Part shown: piece after piece, positions 60,592-64,000 of the stretch | How positions within the stretch are numbered: position 1 is the first letter of the stretch | Layout of the letters: every line of letters starts with the position of its first letter | Virus record (IMG/VR): IMGVR_UViG_3300005096_000137 | Location: 84,428-148,427 of that record | From: a virus | Strand: one strand, 5' to 3' | Length of the DNA stretch: 64,000 nucleotides | Translations under genes and position numbers: made by a program | The notes under the pieces: generated by a model | Databases searched by the model: none | Told to the model about the DNA's origin: nothing | Seen by the model: only the letters and a program-made list of their open reading frames with translations

Positions 60592-60646
60592 ACCCACACA
60601 ACCACAACCGACCAACACGCAAACCAATGAAGGAACCAAAACGATC

Positions 60647-61919
60647 ATGTTCAACCGAAACCGAAAACCACCCGTCAATTGCAAGTGGACCCGTGAAGCT
60701 ATCCAGAAGAGGCTACGGCAGGCAGGTAGCTCCTTTGATATGCCAATGGAGCGGCAAGTCTGGCAAGGGGCTGGCGGGGTCTATGCTGTGGTGTCTGAAG
60801 TCTGGCAAGCAGACCGCTTCTACTCTGTGGTTGAGTATCTTCCCCGTGAAAATACGCTCAAACTAGTCTCAGCTAGTGGCGAGTTTTCGACCGCGAAACG
60901 CGCTAGTGATTTGGCGAGTGACCACGCCAATGGTCGCGTTTGTGTGTGAATCTGAAATAATCATTTGACTCCTTGCGGATGTGGTGTATACTTCAAGTGT
61001 TCAAGCAATACACCCAACGGAGAACCAAGCAATGAAAACCTATGTCGATTCGATCAAGATACCCGCCAAGTTTGTCGAGCTTGCTGAAGGGTGGTACAGT
61101 GGCGTAGGTGACCTACTCTACGCCGTCGCCAGCACCAAGGGACTCACACGGGGCAGCACATGCCCGGTGGAGCTATGCCACCTGCCACATGGTGACGAAC
61201 GCGATAAGCGGTGGTATCTCAAATTGTGGACCGAATTGTCCCATGACGTTCGGGTTGCCTGGCTCTGTGCTGAACAGAGTGATAATGCCGAACACGTCGC
61301 CGACGCTAAACCACTGGCAGCCTTTGAAAAGTGGGTCGATAAGGTGGTTGAGGAATTATCGAAGGCTTACGGCTTTGACCATTGGATGCCTGATGATGGT
61401 GACAACGATGGTGCATGGGTTGACGGTTGTTGGGTTCCCACTGGTTGACTTCGCGCAGAGTCGATGTATACTTCAGGGTTGACTCTCAATCTGAGAATTC
61501 CATTTGACAATTCGCGCTGACGACCTATAATTCAAGTGTTCGAGTAACCCCAACGGAGCAACCACACAATGCTTTACATTTGCAGCAACCGTGAAGCCGT
61601 CGCGCAAGCCTACCATCTTGATACTACCTGTTATGAGGATTGCCACGAAGTGTTCGCTAAAGCGGCTCGTGATCGCCTCGAATTTGCAGGGTTCAGTGTC
61701 AACGATTATAAGTTTGCAACCAACTTTGAGGACTGGACCCTTGGGCTCTTGAACCAGTCCAATATACCCGCCGGTGATTTCTCAAGTGGTTTGGTATCTG
61801 GACCCACGGAACACGCCAACCATATCGACCTTGCCCATATTGCGGGACACCTTGCCCTTATGGAGTACATTAGTCTGATACGTAAAGACCGTGAATGTAA
61901 GGGGTTACGCTCAATCTGA
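60647..61919 (+). CDS. Hypothetical proteins (60647-60949, 61032-61448, 61569-61919)
   Basis: RBS- or promoter-preceded; 61569 is paralogous to 63253. Confidence 0.55.
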
Positions 61920-61998
61920 GAATTCTGCTTGACAATTCGCAGAGTCGACCTATACTTCTAGTGTTCAAGCAAAACCAACCTATCGGAGAAACCAAGCA

Positions 61999-62620
61999 AT
62001 GCTTCCAGCACCAAGACCCGGCGAAACTGCAACTGAGTACCTAGGTCGGTGCGGATTGTACCCCATGACTCTATGGCGCCCTGATGATGTTCACACTACC
62101 CACAATGAAGAGAATCCGGATAGCCTACCCCTAACGGAAGGGCAGGCGGTAGGTGTCCTCAAGCTAATGCAACGGCGATACTCAATAGAAGGTGGCTTGC
62201 AGGGTTGGGATCTACTCTCTGACTGTTTAGCTGACATTCTGGACGCTTCCGAGAATTCTGCTTGACTTTGCGCAGAGCCAACGTATACTTCTAGTGTTCA
62301 AGCAACACAACCCAACGGAGAAACCCACAATGTTAACTGCACCCAAACCCGACGAAGATATCCAAGATTACCTCAAGCGGAATGGGTTCGGGTTCGCCCC
62401 ATCCCTCATGCACATTGAGGACGTTCACGCCTCAATGAGTTTTGAGCATAAGGAGCACACTAAACTCACTGACGATCAGGCCCATGAAGTGCTGGAACTG
62501 ATGCACACCCGGTATAGGGCAGGTTTCGGTGATTGTGGCTATAATGGTCGACTTGGCGAGGAATTGTTGGACAACTGCCTAGAGGATTACCTCGAAGGTC
62601 AATCTGAGAATTCTGCTTGA
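61999..62620 (+). CDS. Two tandem paralogs (61999-62265, 62330-62620)
   Basis: ML.AP+P.E...Y..R.G..DVH..LT..QA..VL.LM..RY..LL..CL..SENSA. Confidence 0.65.
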
Positions 62621-62683
62621 CAATGCGCAGAGTCGACGTATACTTCAGGTGTTCAAGCAAAACCACCCAACGGAGAAACAAGC

Positions 62684-63148
62684 ATGCGATGCCTCATCAT
62701 CCTGATTGTACTGACTGCAACGACTAATGTATCTGCGCAGAGGCGTGGCGGTGGTAAGGGTGGTAAAGATCAAACCAATTATAACGCACAGAACCACCAG
62801 CTACGAATGCAATCATTGCATCGGATGCGAGAGGATACGCATCGGAATAAACTCTATATGGATATGATGAGGTTTGACCGGCTGATGAGCGACCAACTCT
62901 ACAGTCAGCCAACGCATGGGGCAATGATCGAGAATCCATACTTCCAAGCGAAGGGGGCACCACCCGTGCCCTCTGTTGCCAAGCGGAAACCCAAACCAAA
63001 ACCCAAACTGACCTACACGGAGAGGCTTGACCAACTGGAGCTATTTGGGGGTCCGGGTGCAGATGCACCAACACCAGAGCCAAGAGCACCCAAGCCAACG
63101 CCAGCCGGGCGCCCGTTCTTCCGATTCTCCCTTGACTTTGGATTCTAG
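62684..63148 (+). CDS. Secreted hypothetical protein (Sec signal, Pro/Lys-rich tail)
   Basis: MRCLIILIVLTATTNVSA|Q. Confidence 0.55.
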   Translation: MRCLIILIVLTATTNVSAQRRGGGKGGKDQTNYNAQNHQLRMQSLHRMREDTHRNKLYMDMMRFDRLMSDQLYSQPTHGAMIENPYFQAKGAPPVPSVAKRKPKPKPKLTYTERLDQLELFGGPGADAPTPEPRAPKPTPAGRPFFRFSLDFGF

Positions 63149-63150
63149 GG

Positions 63151-63217
63151 AGGGGTGGGTCTATTTGATACCAAATTGAATACACCCTAGTAGAAAACCA
63201 AATCCAAAAGCGCGCTG
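63151..63217. repeat. ~70-bp dispersed element, copy 2
   Basis: See 53313-53380. Confidence 0.9.
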
Positions 63218-63252
63218 GCACTTTATTCCGAACAACCTGGAGAACTGAAACC

Positions 63253-63633
63253 ATGCGTAAGATCCATATTTGCACTGATCCCAAGACAATCTCCAAGGAG
63301 TACCGTCTGGGCGTCATTATCGATGATGAGCTTTGTGCTGGTATCTTTGTTAATGCCGTCGAATCCAGTTTGAAGAACCGGGGATTCAAGGCAGGGGAAG
63401 ATTACCATCTGGAACCACACCCTGATGATTGGAATGGCGGGCAGTTTGATATTGGTGGGCACGCCGCTAGGATGGGGCCACCCCGGCTACCCTTTCAAAA
63501 CCTGGTAGTTGGGGACATATCCAAGGGTGTCGAAATAACCGAAGCCCGCATATCTGGACATAATGCCCTGATGATGGCTCTACACCGTCCAGACGAGGTT
63601 ATCCGAGCTACTGTGCCACCTGATGGGTGCTGA
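63253..63633 (+). CDS. Hypothetical protein, paralog of 61569-61919
   Basis: IC......Y.L....C...F......L...GF ... I.GH.ALM. Confidence 0.55.
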   Translation: MRKIHICTDPKTISKEYRLGVIIDDELCAGIFVNAVESSLKNRGFKAGEDYHLEPHPDDWNGGQFDIGGHAARMGPPRLPFQNLVVGDISKGVEITEARISGHNALMMALHRPDEVIRATVPPDGC

Positions 63634-63917
63634 GTGACTTGGGGTAGTGTGTCGGCTGGTATCATGATGCTGTCGAGTGTCTCAAATGGTTGGGCGGTTC
63701 AACGGCTTGGTGTGGCTTGATTCGGCGTGGCTTGATTCGATGGCTGAAGTCCGTGGCTTTCAGTAGTCTAATTGAATAATCGGTGGGGCGGGTAGCCTAG
63801 GAGGGGTGGGCGATCACGGTCGGTAGATTTTATAGAATCCTGAAAATCCTGAAATCCTGAAATCCTGAAAATCCGTGGGATCCCTAAAATCGGTATAGTC
63901 CAGAAAATCGTAGGAAC

Positions 63918-64000
63918 CCATCCAATCCGGACAGTCCATCCAATCCGGACAGTCCATCCAATCCGGACAGTCCATCCAATCCGGACAGTCCATCCAATCC
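63918..64000. repeat. Tandem repeat CCATCCAATCCGGACAGT (18 bp, at least 4.6 copies, runs off the window); AATCCTGA(A) repeats at ~63836-63870
   Basis: Read directly. Confidence 0.95.

Larger units (their letters stand above)
54663..62660 (+). promoter_or_regulatory. Array of 15 repeated strong promoters; -35 at 54663, 55075, 55654, 56778, 57955, 58376, 58965, 59409, 59995, 60965, 61445, 61504, 61929, 62262, 62617
   Basis: TTGAC(A/T)-16-TATA(C/A)T, then usually TTC(A/T)AGTGTTCAAGCAA; often preceded by GAGAATTC or GAAATAATC and followed by a CGGAG RBS. Confidence 0.9.

Noticed and set aside
54663-62660. Repeated ~45-bp units as a CRISPR array
   Set aside because: Intervals are mostly 330-1200 bp and contain ORFs; the repeats are promoter-shaped; no cas genes are present
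54663-62660. Integron attC cassette array (some copies have a TGCTTGA...TCAAGCA inverted pair)
   Set aside because: No RYYYAAC/GTTRRRY ends, no extended attC pairing and no integrase in the window; a promoter explanation suffices
1-64000. Minus-strand ORFs in the six-frame track (e.g. 22199-22867, 28416-29000, 62724-63389)
   Set aside because: They are antisense shadows of convincing + strand genes, with no recognisable motifs
1-64000. Stop-codon reassignment
   Set aside because: Conserved genes (thyA, nrdJ, rtcB, lig, folA) are intact in the standard code, and all three stop codons end genes
1-64000. tRNA or rRNA genes
   Set aside because: No cloverleaf with T-loop GTTCGA and matching acceptor stem found by eye in intergenic gaps; tRNAscan-SE would be needed to exclude them

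Overview
This 64 kb window is part of a large dsDNA bacteriophage genome. Essentially all credible genes lie on the + strand, tightly packed, in the standard code. No portal, terminase or tail genes are visible. 0-12 kb is nucleic-acid metabolism: HAD deoxyribonucleotidase, ATP-dependent DNA ligase, PD-(D/E)XK nuclease, GNAT, a BCS1-like membrane AAA ATPase, PhoH, intein-containing class II ribonucleotide reductase, MazG-like, ThyA and an adenine MTase. 12-53 kb is an accessory region rich in tandem paralog families; it also holds two different RNA ligases (Rnl2/DRB0094-type and RtcB), DHFR, MTases, HNH endonucleases, a GHKL-type ATPase and ArdA-like proteins. 54.6-63.2 kb is an array of about 15 near-identical strong sigma70-type promoters, mostly one per small gene (early/host-takeover-like). 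It is bracketed by two copies of a ~70 bp element and by repeat-rich non-coding DNA. The most striking observation is a promoter-led operon at 13.7-17.9 kb of five consecutive genes that each begin with a twin-arginine (Tat) signal peptide. Four are mutual paralogs. The fifth is a trimmed P22-coat/HK97-fold capsid protein homolog. All assignments come from reading motifs by eye; no database searches were run. The host (possibly Planctomycetota) is inference only.
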